From Leptonemataceae bacterium (GTDB lineage: Bacteria; Spirochaetota; Leptospiria; Leptospirales; Leptonemataceae), in assembly GCA_965227295.1 (NCBI GenBank), contig OZ245742.1:3776001-3840000 (forward strand): 64,000 nucleotides of DNA, in the 5' to 3' direction. The translations under genes were made by a program, and so were the position numbers. Below are positions 52,766 to 64,000 of the stretch, in pieces. The notes under the pieces were generated by a model. The model was given only the letters and a program-made list of their open reading frames with translations. It made no database searches and was not told the origin of the DNA. Position 1 is the stretch's first letter, and every line of letters begins with the position of its first letter.

Positions 52766-54700
52766 ATGCACGACTATCCGTTGCTAAAAACCATCAGCGT
52801 ACCGGCGGACCTGCGTCGCCTGCGCGAGGACCAGCTTCCGCAGCTCTGCGCGGAGGTTCGGGAGTACATCATCGATACCATCTCCAGTGTCGGCGGGCAC
52901 TTCGCCTCTAACCTCGGCGCGGTAGAACTTACGGTGGCGCTGCACTACGTCCTGGAGACTCCGGACGATAAACTCATCTGGGACGTCGGTCACCAAATTT
53001 ACCCGCACAAGATTCTGACCGGCCGTCGCGAGCGCTTAAAGAGCGTGCGCCGTAAGGGCGGCCTTTCCGGATTTCCGAAACGCGAGGAGTCTGAATACGA
53101 TCTCTACAATACCGGCCACGCCGGCACTTCCATCTCCCAGGTGCTGGGTGAAGCCATGGCCCGGGACCAGCTCGGCAAAGACCACAAGGTTGCCTGTGTC
53201 ATCGGCGACGCGTCCATTGCGGCGGGCATGGCTTTCGAGGCGTTGAACCACGGCGGCGACGTGGGTACGAACTGCCTGGTCGTCCTGAACGACAACGACA
53301 TGTCCATTTCCCACAACGTGGGCGCGCTGAATCAGTACTTAAACCGCATTGTTACCTCGTCCGCCTGGAATAAGTGGCGGCGCTTCTGGTACACGCTGTT
53401 GCTCTGGCTGCCGGTCATCGGTCCCGCGTTGCGTAGCTTCTCGAAGAAACTCGAGAAATCCATCAAGGATCTGCTTACTCCCGGCGGATTCTTTTCCGAT
53501 CTCGGCTTTCGCTACTTCGGCCCCGTGGACGGTCACGACGTACGTGAGCTCGTGCGCGTGTTACGCAAAGTCCTCGATATGCGCGGGCCCATCCTGCTGC
53601 ACGCGTACACGCAAAAAGGGAAGGGCTACGAGTACGCCGAAAACGATCCCATTCGCTACCACGGTGTTACCGTCTTTAACAAGGCCGACGGTAGCTTCGC
53701 GCGTAAGGACGGCCCCGGCAAAGTCGCCTTTTCACAAATCGTCGGCGATACGTTGCTGGAACTCGCGCAGTCCAACGAGAAGGTCGTCGCGGTCACGCCG
53801 GCCATGATCGAAGGCTCCGGCCTGCGTCCGCTCTACAACTCCATGCCCGAGCGCGTCTACGACGTAGGCATCGCCGAACAACACGCCGTATCGTTTGCGG
53901 GCGGCCTCGCGTCCGGCGGCCTGGTCCCGTACCTCTGCATCTACTCCACGTTTCTCAACCGCGGCTTCGATCAGCTCATCCAGGACGTTGCGCTCATGAA
54001 TTTCCCGGTTCGCATGGTGGTGGATCGGGCCGGCTGCGTCGGGCCGGACGGTGAAACGCACCAGGGCCTCTACGATCTGGGCGTGCTGTTGTCCGTGCCG
54101 AACGTGAAGGTCTACGCCCCGGCCAGCGGCGGCGAACTCAAAGCCATGCTGCGTTACATGGAAACGTACGACGAAGGCCCGCTGGCCGTGCGTTTTCCGA
54201 AGGCCGCCTGCGATCCGGCCGGTCTGGCCGAAGAGAAACTTCCCGACGTAAGCAGTTTGCGACCAGAAGTTTACGGCCAGGGACGCGATCTGGCGATCCT
54301 GAGCGTCGGCGTGATGTGGGACCTCGGCCTCGCCGTAGAAAAAGAAATCCGCAATCGTTACGGCATTCTTTCAACGGTGGTGGGACTGCGCTGGATTCGT
54401 CCCCTGGATCTGGACACGCTGTCGGAGATCGTCGGTGACTGCGAGCACTTCATCATCATCGAAGATTCCTACATTTACAGCAGCGCGGCCGCCTACGTGC
54501 GCGAACGTTTGCCGGCCGAACTGAATGCCCGTCATTTGCGTACGTTCGCATTTCCGGAAGAAGCCGTGGATCACGGCGGTCGCGACGAGGTTCTGGCCGA
54601 TTACGACATCTCCGTGCCCGGTATCTCCGAATATCTCAGCAAGCATCGCGCCTTCGCCGGAAAAGTTTACACCTACGCCGCCGAACCGTCCGAAATTTAA
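52766..54700 (+). CDS. dxs: 1-deoxy-D-xylulose-5-phosphate synthase
   Basis: GGHFASNLG, WDVGHQ, GHAGTSIS, GIAEQH, DGETHQG. Confidence 0.97.
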   Translation: MHDYPLLKTISVPADLRRLREDQLPQLCAEVREYIIDTISSVGGHFASNLGAVELTVALHYVLETPDDKLIWDVGHQIYPHKILTGRRERLKSVRRKGGLSGFPKREESEYDLYNTGHAGTSISQVLGEAMARDQLGKDHKVACVIGDASIAAGMAFEALNHGGDVGTNCLVVLNDNDMSISHNVGALNQYLNRIVTSSAWNKWRRFWYTLLLWLPVIGPALRSFSKKLEKSIKDLLTPGGFFSDLGFRYFGPVDGHDVRELVRVLRKVLDMRGPILLHAYTQKGKGYEYAENDPIRYHGVTVFNKADGSFARKDGPGKVAFSQIVGDTLLELAQSNEKVVAVTPAMIEGSGLRPLYNSMPERVYDVGIAEQHAVSFAGGLASGGLVPYLCIYSTFLNRGFDQLIQDVALMNFPVRMVVDRAGCVGPDGETHQGLYDLGVLLSVPNVKVYAPASGGELKAMLRYMETYDEGPLAVRFPKAACDPAGLAEEKLPDVSSLRPEVYGQGRDLAILSVGVMWDLGLAVEKEIRNRYGILSTVVGLRWIRPLDLDTLSEIVGDCEHFIIIEDSYIYSSAAAYVRERLPAELNARHLRTFAFPEEAVDHGGRDEVLADYDISVPGISEYLSKHRAFAGKVYTYAAEPSEI

Positions 54701-54746
54701 TCCGTGGCCCTCGGGCGGACTGCGTCCGCCGGCCGCGGGAGGAATT

Positions 54747-55229
54747 ATGAATCCGGACGCGCGAATCTTTCATCAAGAAGGGATGAGCGACGCGATCGTC
54801 GGCGACTACGACGCCGCCGAATTTTATCTGCTGAAATCACTCGAAATTGAACCGTCCATTCCGGCCTACGCAACGCTGGGCTGGATCTACGGATCGGTGC
54901 ACCGCCGCAATGACGACGCCCTGCGTTGTTTTCGCAAGGCCATCCGCCTGAATCCGAAGAACGGCGATCTCTACAACGACTGCGGCGCCGTGATGCTCCG
55001 CATGGGTAAGCTCCGTGAATCCGTGAAGTGGTTCCTGAAGGCCCTCAAATCTCCCGAGGGCGCGAAAAAACACCTGGCGCTCTTCAACCTGGCCGTCGTC
55101 TATCGGCGCTGGAACCGTTCGGAACGCAGCCGTCGCTACCTCAACCTCGCCCTGAAACACCGCCCGGACTTCGAACGGGCCCGTGCATTGCTTGCCGAAA
55201 TTCACCGGGAAACTCAGATCGTGAATTGA
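54747..55229 (+). CDS. Tetratricopeptide repeat protein
   Basis: Repeated TPR patterns (A..C..KAIRLNP, ALFNLA). Confidence 0.85.
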   Translation: MNPDARIFHQEGMSDAIVGDYDAAEFYLLKSLEIEPSIPAYATLGWIYGSVHRRNDDALRCFRKAIRLNPKNGDLYNDCGAVMLRMGKLRESVKWFLKALKSPEGAKKHLALFNLAVVYRRWNRSERSRRYLNLALKHRPDFERARALLAEIHRETQIVN

Positions 55230-55705
55230 TGATCGATCTGCTCTTGCGGGCCGGCCTGGTCCTGGCCGGCCTCGCGTATCTCACGCTCATTCTACTATCC
55301 CCACGTTCCGCTCGCCCGGGCCTGGTGCTCAGCCTGCTGCTCGCACTGCTGGCCTTCGGCGCTCTGGCCGGCGATTATTTCTACGCCTTCCTGATCCCGA
55401 CGGCGGGCATTGCCTGGCGGCTTGCGAAGAGATATCGAGAGGATGATGCGATGCCGCACCTGCTCACGGTCGGTCTCGTGTGCCTGGGTCTGGCCTGGTT
55501 TTTCGTGGCCCTGCCGGACCTCGGTCGGTTTGTGCCGATGCTGCCGGCCGACAGTCCCGCGGATTCTTATGACCTCGCCCGCATCGCAGAGGACTTTCGG
55601 ACGAATCCCGTGGCTGTCCCCCTGGTGTCGATCTACGGATTGCTGTTTGCCGCGGCGCTCTTCGTGCTGTGGCGCCGACGGCGAGAGCAGGGGGAGCGAG
55701 TCTGA
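55229..55705 (+). CDS. Hypothetical integral membrane protein
   Basis: TGATG coupling to TPR gene; 4-5 hydrophobic segments. Confidence 0.65.
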   Translation: MIDLLLRAGLVLAGLAYLTLILLSPRSARPGLVLSLLLALLAFGALAGDYFYAFLIPTAGIAWRLAKRYREDDAMPHLLTVGLVCLGLAWFFVALPDLGRFVPMLPADSPADSYDLARIAEDFRTNPVAVPLVSIYGLLFAAALFVLWRRRREQGERV

Positions 55706-56370
55706 TGGAACGTTATCTGGATCCACCGGTTCTTTTGACCCTGGGCATGCTTCTGTTTCTGGCTGGCCTCTACGTGTACCGGCGCCTGCCGGCACCTGTC
55801 TTCGTCGGCAACTTGCTGCTGCACCTGGTCCTGGCCCGCTACGGCAGCGAGCGGGGCATGAGTTCCGCCGTACTGCACATGATCCTGTTTGCAAACTACG
55901 CAACACCCGCGTTAGTCTTCGTCGCCGGACATCTGCCCGTGCGCCTGTCCGCAATGACTGTTCCAGCCGTGGCCGCGTCCTACGGCGGGAGCACGATCCT
56001 GCTCGCCGCGCTCGCGCCGCCGGTGCTGGCCGCCTACACCATCGCGTTCTGCGGCGGGATCTACTTCGCTCTCTTGTTGCTCGTGCTGGCGACCGACAGT
56101 GTGCGGTTGCGTCTGTATGCCGTCGCCCAGGCGAGCTTTCCCGGGGTGTTGATCTACACCGCCGCCGGCGCGTTCCCCGGTGGCCTGTTTACAGCGGACG
56201 TTAGTCTGCCCGTTCGCCTGTTCGCGCCGCTGCTCTATGCCGGCCTGCCGCTCGCCGTACTCTGGATCGGCACCGGCCGGGCCGACATCTGGGCACGCTT
56301 TGTGATTTCCGCGCCGATTGTTCTCGCCGCCGTTGTCGTGCACTGGATCATGGGGACTCTTGCCCCGTGA
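55705..56370 (+). CDS. Hypothetical integral membrane protein
   Basis: TGATG coupling; almost entirely hydrophobic. Confidence 0.65.
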   Translation: MERYLDPPVLLTLGMLLFLAGLYVYRRLPAPVFVGNLLLHLVLARYGSERGMSSAVLHMILFANYATPALVFVAGHLPVRLSAMTVPAVAASYGGSTILLAALAPPVLAAYTIAFCGGIYFALLLLVLATDSVRLRLYAVAQASFPGVLIYTAAGAFPGGLFTADVSLPVRLFAPLLYAGLPLAVLWIGTGRADIWARFVISAPIVLAAVVVHWIMGTLAP

Positions 56371-56371
56371 A

Positions 56372-58519
56372 GTGAGTTCGGAAACCGACATCGATCCAGT
56401 ATCCATTTTCGGCGCGGCCGGGGTGGAGCGCTTTCGCCGGGTGTGGCCGGACTACGAGCCGCGACCGCAGCAGGAACGTATGGCCGGAGCCGTCCACTCC
56501 GCGTTGCGTGACGGTCGTTCGTTGCTCGTCGAAGCGGGGACCGGCGTCGGCAAGACCCTGGCTTACCTGCTGCCCCTCCTCGAATACGGGGAGCGCGAGG
56601 ACGTACGGGTCGTTGTGTCCACGGAGACGCGGTCGCTCCAGCAACAGATCCTCGAAAAAGATCTGCCCACCGCGCGCAAGATTCTCGGCCGCGACATACC
56701 GGCGGAGCTGTGCCTGGGCGCATCCAACTACGTTTGCAAGCGCCGCCTGGCCGGCGTGCTCGACGAGGGATCGTTCGGCCCGGAGATGATGGACTCCATC
56801 GAAGAGTTCCTCGCCTGGGAGAAACGAACGGAGACCGGGGTTCGCCACGAGTACACCGGCCCGGCGAGCCCGGAGTTCTGGCGCAAGATCGGCCGGGACC
56901 CGGATGATTGCCTGGGCGGGCGTTGTCCGAATTTTGATGTATCGTACTATTTTCTTGCGAAGCGGCGCTGGCAGGACGCGCGCCTCCTCGTCGTGAACCA
57001 CAGCCTGCTGTCGTATCATTTCGCCTACGGCCGGCGGCTTTTGCCGGAGTTTTCTCACGTTGTCGTGGACGAGGCTCATCGTTTCCCGGAGATCTTTCAC
57101 GGGGCCTTCGCCGAAGCCGCTTCGTTTCGCGAGATGCAGATCATGATCACCGAACTGGGGCGCAAGGGACATGCCGACGAAAGCCGGGCCTTCGAATCGT
57201 TTCGTGATGCCCTCATCGAAGCGTTGCCCTTGAAACCGGGCGAAAACCTCCGCTGCGGCGGCGCGGGCCTGGAACTGGCGGCCGGCCGGGATTTCGTAAG
57301 TGCCCTGGATCGTGGGCAACGCTATCTCAAGCAGAAGTTACAACAACTCAGCCAGCAACAGCAGTTGAGTCTCGGCGACAGCGAAGACCGCAATCAGACG
57401 AACGTGGACGCGATGGAGGTGCAGGCTCTTTCGAATCGTCTGAGTCGCGTAACTTCTCTTGTGAATACCTTACTGGACGGCGCTCCGGAAAGCGAGGACC
57501 GGGTGTTCTGGCTTTCTCGCGCAGCGGAGGAGCGGCGGCGGCGCCGGTCTTCGAAAAAGGATCGCGGCGAGCGGAATGACGCGCCGGACTATCGTCTGCA
57601 ACGAGCTCCGCTCTACCCTGGCGCGCTGATTCGCCGTAACTTTCTGAAAGAGGTTCGCACGGTCGTCTTTACCTCGGCCACGCTCACAACCCGCGGCGGC
57701 GCGCCGCGCGAAACGTCGGGAAACCAAACGAAAGCAGAAACGATTCATCCGGCCTTCGCCTACTTTGCGCGGGAGATCGGCTGTGACGACGGCGGCGATT
57801 CCGGCGAAGTTGCGCCGCCGCTCTCGCTGCAACTGGATTCGCCTTTCGACTACCGGCGCCGCGCGCTGCTGTACCTGCCCCGGGACATGCCTGATCCGGC
57901 ACGAGAAGAGGAGCGCTTTCACCAGGCGGCGGCCCGGGAGATTGAGCGCCTGTTACTCTTGAGCCGGGGCGGGGCCTTTGTGTTGTTTACGTCGGGGCGA
58001 TCGCTCCGGGCCGTGCAGGCGTTGATGAGCGGCGAGCGTCGCTATGCCGGGGACGAGGACGATCACGCCGCGTACGAAATCATCAATCAACTCGAACACG
58101 GCGCGTCCACGGCCCTGTTGAAGTTCCTGCAGGCCGAGCGCGGCGCACTGTTCGGCCTCGCCACGTTCTGGCAGGGCATTGACATTGCCGGTGATCGCCT
58201 TCGCCTGGTGATCCTGGTACGGCTGCCGTTTCGCGTGCCCGACGAACCGTTGCTGGCCGCTCGCATGGAACGTGAGAAAGAATCCGGCGGCGATCCCTTT
58301 CGTTCGCTCCAGCTCCCCGCCGCCGTGATCAGCATCAAACAGGGCTTCGGCCGCCTGATTCGCACGCACAACGACCGCGGCATCGTGGCGATCCTTGACC
58401 CGCGCATTCGCACGAAGAACTACGGAAAGGGCATCCTGCGGGCGCTCCCCCCGGCGAGAATCGCGGCGAGCAGTTTCGAGGAAATGGTCCAGATCCGCGA
58501 CGAATTGTTCGGGGATTGA
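56372..58519 (+). CDS. DinG/YoaA family ATP-dependent helicase
   Basis: EAGTGVGKT, VVNHSL, DEAH, TSAT, FWQGID, QGFGRLIR, LDPR. Confidence 0.93.
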   Translation: MSSETDIDPVSIFGAAGVERFRRVWPDYEPRPQQERMAGAVHSALRDGRSLLVEAGTGVGKTLAYLLPLLEYGEREDVRVVVSTETRSLQQQILEKDLPTARKILGRDIPAELCLGASNYVCKRRLAGVLDEGSFGPEMMDSIEEFLAWEKRTETGVRHEYTGPASPEFWRKIGRDPDDCLGGRCPNFDVSYYFLAKRRWQDARLLVVNHSLLSYHFAYGRRLLPEFSHVVVDEAHRFPEIFHGAFAEAASFREMQIMITELGRKGHADESRAFESFRDALIEALPLKPGENLRCGGAGLELAAGRDFVSALDRGQRYLKQKLQQLSQQQQLSLGDSEDRNQTNVDAMEVQALSNRLSRVTSLVNTLLDGAPESEDRVFWLSRAAEERRRRRSSKKDRGERNDAPDYRLQRAPLYPGALIRRNFLKEVRTVVFTSATLTTRGGAPRETSGNQTKAETIHPAFAYFAREIGCDDGGDSGEVAPPLSLQLDSPFDYRRRALLYLPRDMPDPAREEERFHQAAAREIERLLLLSRGGAFVLFTSGRSLRAVQALMSGERRYAGDEDDHAAYEIINQLEHGASTALLKFLQAERGALFGLATFWQGIDIAGDRLRLVILVRLPFRVPDEPLLAARMEREKESGGDPFRSLQLPAAVISIKQGFGRLIRTHNDRGIVAILDPRIRTKNYGKGILRALPPARIAASSFEEMVQIRDELFGD

Positions 58520-58521
58520 AA

Positions 58522-58644
58522 TTCTTCGCGCCAGGGATTGGAAGGGTTGCGCCGCCAGGCGCAAGTCCGGAGCGCGAAGCGCGGAGGACCGAAGCGATAG
58601 CGTAGCCCTGGAAAGCCCGACCGCCCCGAAGGGGCGGGGCGCCC
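58522..58644 (+). repeat. Structured REP-like element, family C
   Basis: ttcttcgcg..agggattggaaggg..gaccgaagcgatagcgtagccctggaaagcccg..cgccc. Confidence 0.8.
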
Positions 58645-58671
58645 TGAAGAAAGTAGCATAAGGATCTTTTT

Positions 58672-58783
58672 GGGCGTCTCCCGTCCTGCGGCCGGGACCG
58701 CGCTGCTCCGGGCTCCGCTATCGCTTCGGTCTCGCGAAGACGCGAGACTCGCTTCGCGACCCTCCGCATCGCTGACGCGAAGA
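58672..58783 (-). repeat. Structured REP-like element, family C (inverted partner of 58522 copy)
   Basis: gggcg..gggctccgctatcgcttcggtctc..cgcgaaga is the reverse complement of the family core. Confidence 0.75.
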
Positions 58784-58819
58784 GTGGGGCATTCTTAGAG
58801 TTTGACCGATATTCATACT

Positions 58820-59728
58820 ATGTCCCAATTTCGTCGGTTGATCTTTGCGGCTCTGGCCTTTTCCGTTGTGGCAACCGCTCTATTTGCGCGTGACCGCACC
58901 TTGTTCTTTCGCACGCCGGCGTTTCACTTTGTCCAGGTCATCGACGAAAACGCGCGGATTGACTGGACCGGGGGATACGTCTTCGCCGAGGCGCGCGTGC
59001 GTCTGCCCCGCATCATCTACGATCGCAAGCATCCGGACTTCGGCAAGGCCGGCACCGAGACGTCCATCACCGATGCCCGGGCGGCGGCACGGAACAAGGC
59101 CACCGAGCTGGCGACGCTCCGGCTCATGAACACGCTGACGTCGCTCCGCCTGGATTCGAGCTTCACGCTGTACGAAAAGATGACCGTGGACCGGGAACTG
59201 CGCGAGAGCCTGGGCAATCTGAGCGAGCGCTTTCTGACCAAGTCCCGGAACGTCGGCGAGGGCTACGTCTCCGTGGAACTGGCCATGCCGTTCCTGGGCG
59301 AGGACGGCCTGTACTCCATGCTCGTCGGATCGCACTACGGTTCGGAGCTGCCGCCGGTGGTGGAGCCCCTGGATGTGGTGGACGCCGTGAGCGGTCTCGT
59401 CGTGGATTTGCGCGAGGCGCGGGAGTTCACGCCGTCCCTCGAACCGCGCATCTTCACCGATCGTGGGCGGTTGATCTACGGCCCGGAGATGGCCGGCAGT
59501 TCGTGCATTCGGCGCGGCCTGGTCTCCTACTATGCCTCGGCGGAACGGGCCATGCAGGACGCCCGTCTGGGAGACGCCCCGTACTACACCTATGCCGCCG
59601 GAGTGATGGGGCGGGGGAAAAGTGATATATATCTGGACGCGGAAGATGCGGAGCGGCTTCTGGGTCATGCCTCCGGCCGTATGGTGCTGCGGCGCTGCCG
59701 GGTGGTATTCATCGTAGATCAAAAATAA
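58820..59728 (+). CDS. Hypothetical exported protein
   Basis: Signal peptide ending ALFA; first gene before rfaE1. Confidence 0.7.
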   Translation: MSQFRRLIFAALAFSVVATALFARDRTLFFRTPAFHFVQVIDENARIDWTGGYVFAEARVRLPRIIYDRKHPDFGKAGTETSITDARAAARNKATELATLRLMNTLTSLRLDSSFTLYEKMTVDRELRESLGNLSERFLTKSRNVGEGYVSVELAMPFLGEDGLYSMLVGSHYGSELPPVVEPLDVVDAVSGLVVDLREAREFTPSLEPRIFTDRGRLIYGPEMAGSSCIRRGLVSYYASAERAMQDARLGDAPYYTYAAGVMGRGKSDIYLDAEDAERLLGHASGRMVLRRCRVVFIVDQK

Positions 59729-59737
59729 TCACCGCGC

Positions 59738-60721
59738 ATGTCCGCTTCTTCGCTCGCCTCGATTCTGAATCATCTTCACGAACCCGGGGTCCTCGTCCTC
59801 GGGGACTTCATGCTCGACGAGTACATCCACGGCGTCGTCGAACGCATTTCGCCGGAAGCCCCGGTACCCATTGTCCTCGAAAAAGAAGTGCGCACGGTTC
59901 CGGGGGGAGCCGGCAACGTGGTGCGCAACCTGCGCAGCCTGGGCGTGCCGGTATTTATGGCCGGCATCATCGGCACCGACGAATCGGGGCGTGTGCTTAC
60001 GGAAAGTTTCGCGGCGATGGGCATCGACGAAGAGGGTATGGGCCTGATCGAAACCGACGATCGCCCGACCACGCGCAAGACGCGCATCCTGGCCGGGCAG
60101 CAACAGGTGGTACGCCTGGATCGCGAGAGCGGCAACGAGCCGTCCGAAGCCGTGCGGGATCGCATGTTCGCGTTCATTGAAAGTGTGATGCCGAAGATCC
60201 GCGCCGTCATTATTTCGGATTACGACAAGGGCCTGGTGCGGCCGCAAACGATCGAGCGCATCGTGAAACTCTCGCAGAAGCATAACTGTTTCATTGCGGT
60301 GGATCCGCAGGTGACGCACTTTAATTTTTACCAGCGCGTGGACGTGCTTACACCGAATCACCACGAGGCGGGGCGATTCCTCGGCCGCAAGTTAGTGGAT
60401 GATGCGGACGTGGTCGCGGGCGGTCGGGAGATCGTCGCGCGTTTGAATGCGAGTTCGTTGTTGATTACCCGCGGCGAAAAAGGCATGACGTTGTTCGAAC
60501 CCGGCCGGGAAACGCATATTCCGACGATGGCGCGCGAGGTCTTCGATGTGACGGGCGCCGGGGATACCGTGATCTCGGTGTATACGGCGGCGGTGGCGGC
60601 CGGCGCATCGAACGAGGACGCGGCAAGATTGAGCAACCTGGCGGCGGGGTTGGTGGTAGCACAACTGGGAGCGGCCACGGTAACAGTGGACGAGTTGCGC
60701 AGAGCACTGAAGGCGCAATAA
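59738..60721 (+). CDS. rfaE1: D-glycero-D-manno-heptose-7-phosphate kinase (HldA/RfaE domain I)
   Basis: GDFMLDEY, RISPEAPVP, SDYDKG, DVTGAGDTV. Confidence 0.93.
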   Translation: MSASSLASILNHLHEPGVLVLGDFMLDEYIHGVVERISPEAPVPIVLEKEVRTVPGGAGNVVRNLRSLGVPVFMAGIIGTDESGRVLTESFAAMGIDEEGMGLIETDDRPTTRKTRILAGQQQVVRLDRESGNEPSEAVRDRMFAFIESVMPKIRAVIISDYDKGLVRPQTIERIVKLSQKHNCFIAVDPQVTHFNFYQRVDVLTPNHHEAGRFLGRKLVDDADVVAGGREIVARLNASSLLITRGEKGMTLFEPGRETHIPTMAREVFDVTGAGDTVISVYTAAVAAGASNEDAARLSNLAAGLVVAQLGAATVTVDELRRALKAQ

Positions 60722-60732
60722 GAGCGCAGCGA

Positions 60733-60838
60733 TTCTTCGCGCGAGGGATTGGAAGGGTGGCCGAAGGCCAGTCTCGCGTAGCGAGACCGAAGCGATAGCG
60801 GAGCCCTGGAAAGCCCGGTCGCCGTAGGCGACGCGCCC
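60733..60838 (+). repeat. Structured REP-like element, family C
   Basis: ttcttcgcgcgagggattggaaggg..gagaccgaagcgatagcggagccctggaaagcccg..cgccc. Confidence 0.8.
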
Positions 60839-60850
60839 AAACTATTAGCC

Positions 60851-63074
<2,224 letters not shown>

Positions 63075-63092
63075 GCGGCGCGGCCCGACGCA

Positions 63093-64000
63093 TCAAAAGC
63101 ATCCCGCCACCGAAACACCGTAACGCCCGGCCAGATAACATTCCACTCCACTGCGTTCGCCCGCGGACAGCGCGCGTCGGTAGACGATGACTTCGCCGAT
63201 GCGGCCGTTGAAGTAGTTCACCGTTCCGTCCTGATTGCACAGCGTAAGATTGCCCGCGCTGCTGAGGCTCCCCGCGATCGTCGAGTTCTGAATGCCGCTC
63301 AGACTGCCGTTGAGATACGCGAGAATTTCAGTGCGCCCCGTACGAACGCCGCTGATGATGGCGGGGCTGCCGATCGTCAGTCCCGTCGCCGTCGAAATAG
63401 GATACTCGGCCACGTCGCTCGTGACGCCGAGGCGCGCCGTCGTTGCTGACATCTCGATGCCCAGGAACATGGGATTCGTAACGCTGCCGCCCGGATCGCG
63501 TTTGCTGAAGACGCCCTGAAAGTTTGTACTGGTAGATGTTAGCTGGATTACTGTAACGAACGTCCAGCTCTCGTCGCCGCTGATGTTCAGCGCGGTGGCG
63601 TTGCCGGCGCTGAGTTCATCGTTCACACCGTCGCAACCGATGGCGGCTCGCGTGCCGATCGTAATATCGGCGGGTTGTTGGTTCGGGGTGGATTGAGCGA
63701 AGGTGATGTTGTTGCCGGAGCGATCGGTCCAGTCCGCCACGGTGCCGCCGTTGCGGTTGAGCGAGGTTTCGGCATCGAGCCAGAGGACGAGATCGGAAAC
63801 CGTGTTCGGCGCCGTGGCGTTCGTGGTGGGCGAGTGCACGAGGCCGAAGGCGAAGAGGTTCAACAAGAGGAACGTCTCGGTGGAGGCGTCGGATTGCTCG
63901 AAGTCGCGGAGTCCGACGACGGGATGCCCGACGGCGCAGGCGGTGGTGAGCAGGAATGCCAGGGCCGGCGCAAGGATGGCCGACGTTGCCGTTTTGAGGG
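63093..64000 (-). CDS. LamG/concanavalin-like jellyroll lipoprotein, 5' end outside window
   Basis: Frame open to the window edge with ..FLLTTAC lipobox; LVLWLDA, WTDRSGN, FNGRIGEVIVYRRALS. Confidence 0.8.
   Translation of the reverse strand, partial: LKTATSAILAPALAFLLTTACAVGHPVVGLRDFEQSDASTETFLLLNLFAFGLVHSPTTNATAPNTVSDLVLWLDAETSLNRNGGTVADWTDRSGNNITFAQSTPNQQPADITIGTRAAIGCDGVNDELSAGNATALNISGDESWTFVTVIQLTSTSTNFQGVFSKRDPGGSVTNPMFLGIEMSATTARLGVTSDVAEYPISTATGLTIGSPAIISGVRTGRTEILAYLNGSLSGIQNSTIAGSLSSAGNLTLCNQDGTVNYFNGRIGEVIVYRRALSAGERSGVECYLAGRYGVSVAGCF

Overview
High-GC chromosomal window, most consistent with a Leptospiraceae-type spirochaete. This is an inference from the FlgE/FlgD/FliK sequences, the short EF-Ts and the gene order rpsB-tsf-pyrH-frr-uppS-cdsA-dxr-rseP-proS-trpBA-adenylate cyclase-dxs. 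Most of the window is housekeeping or metabolic: ecm/meaB, ilvD, nadE, purQ/purS/purC, folK, fliK-flgD-flgE, pckA, serA, acyl-CoA dehydrogenase and carboxyltransferase, a DinG helicase, rfaE1/rfaE2 and pyrG. I found no rRNA, tRNA, CRISPR array, transposase or prophage. Most notable signals: (1) two unrelated proteins carry fused MshEN-like (c-di-GMP-binding type) repeats, a PvdE/YojI-type peptide ABC exporter and a cNMP-patatin phospholipase; (2) a non-coding tandem array of ~330-bp units at 36.5-37.35 kb with a dispersed inverted copy at 29.5 kb; (3) two further dispersed structured repeat families; (4) an RHH-PIN pair whose PIN appears catalytically degenerate; (5) a TetR remnant. All calls are by eye from motifs; no database searches were run.
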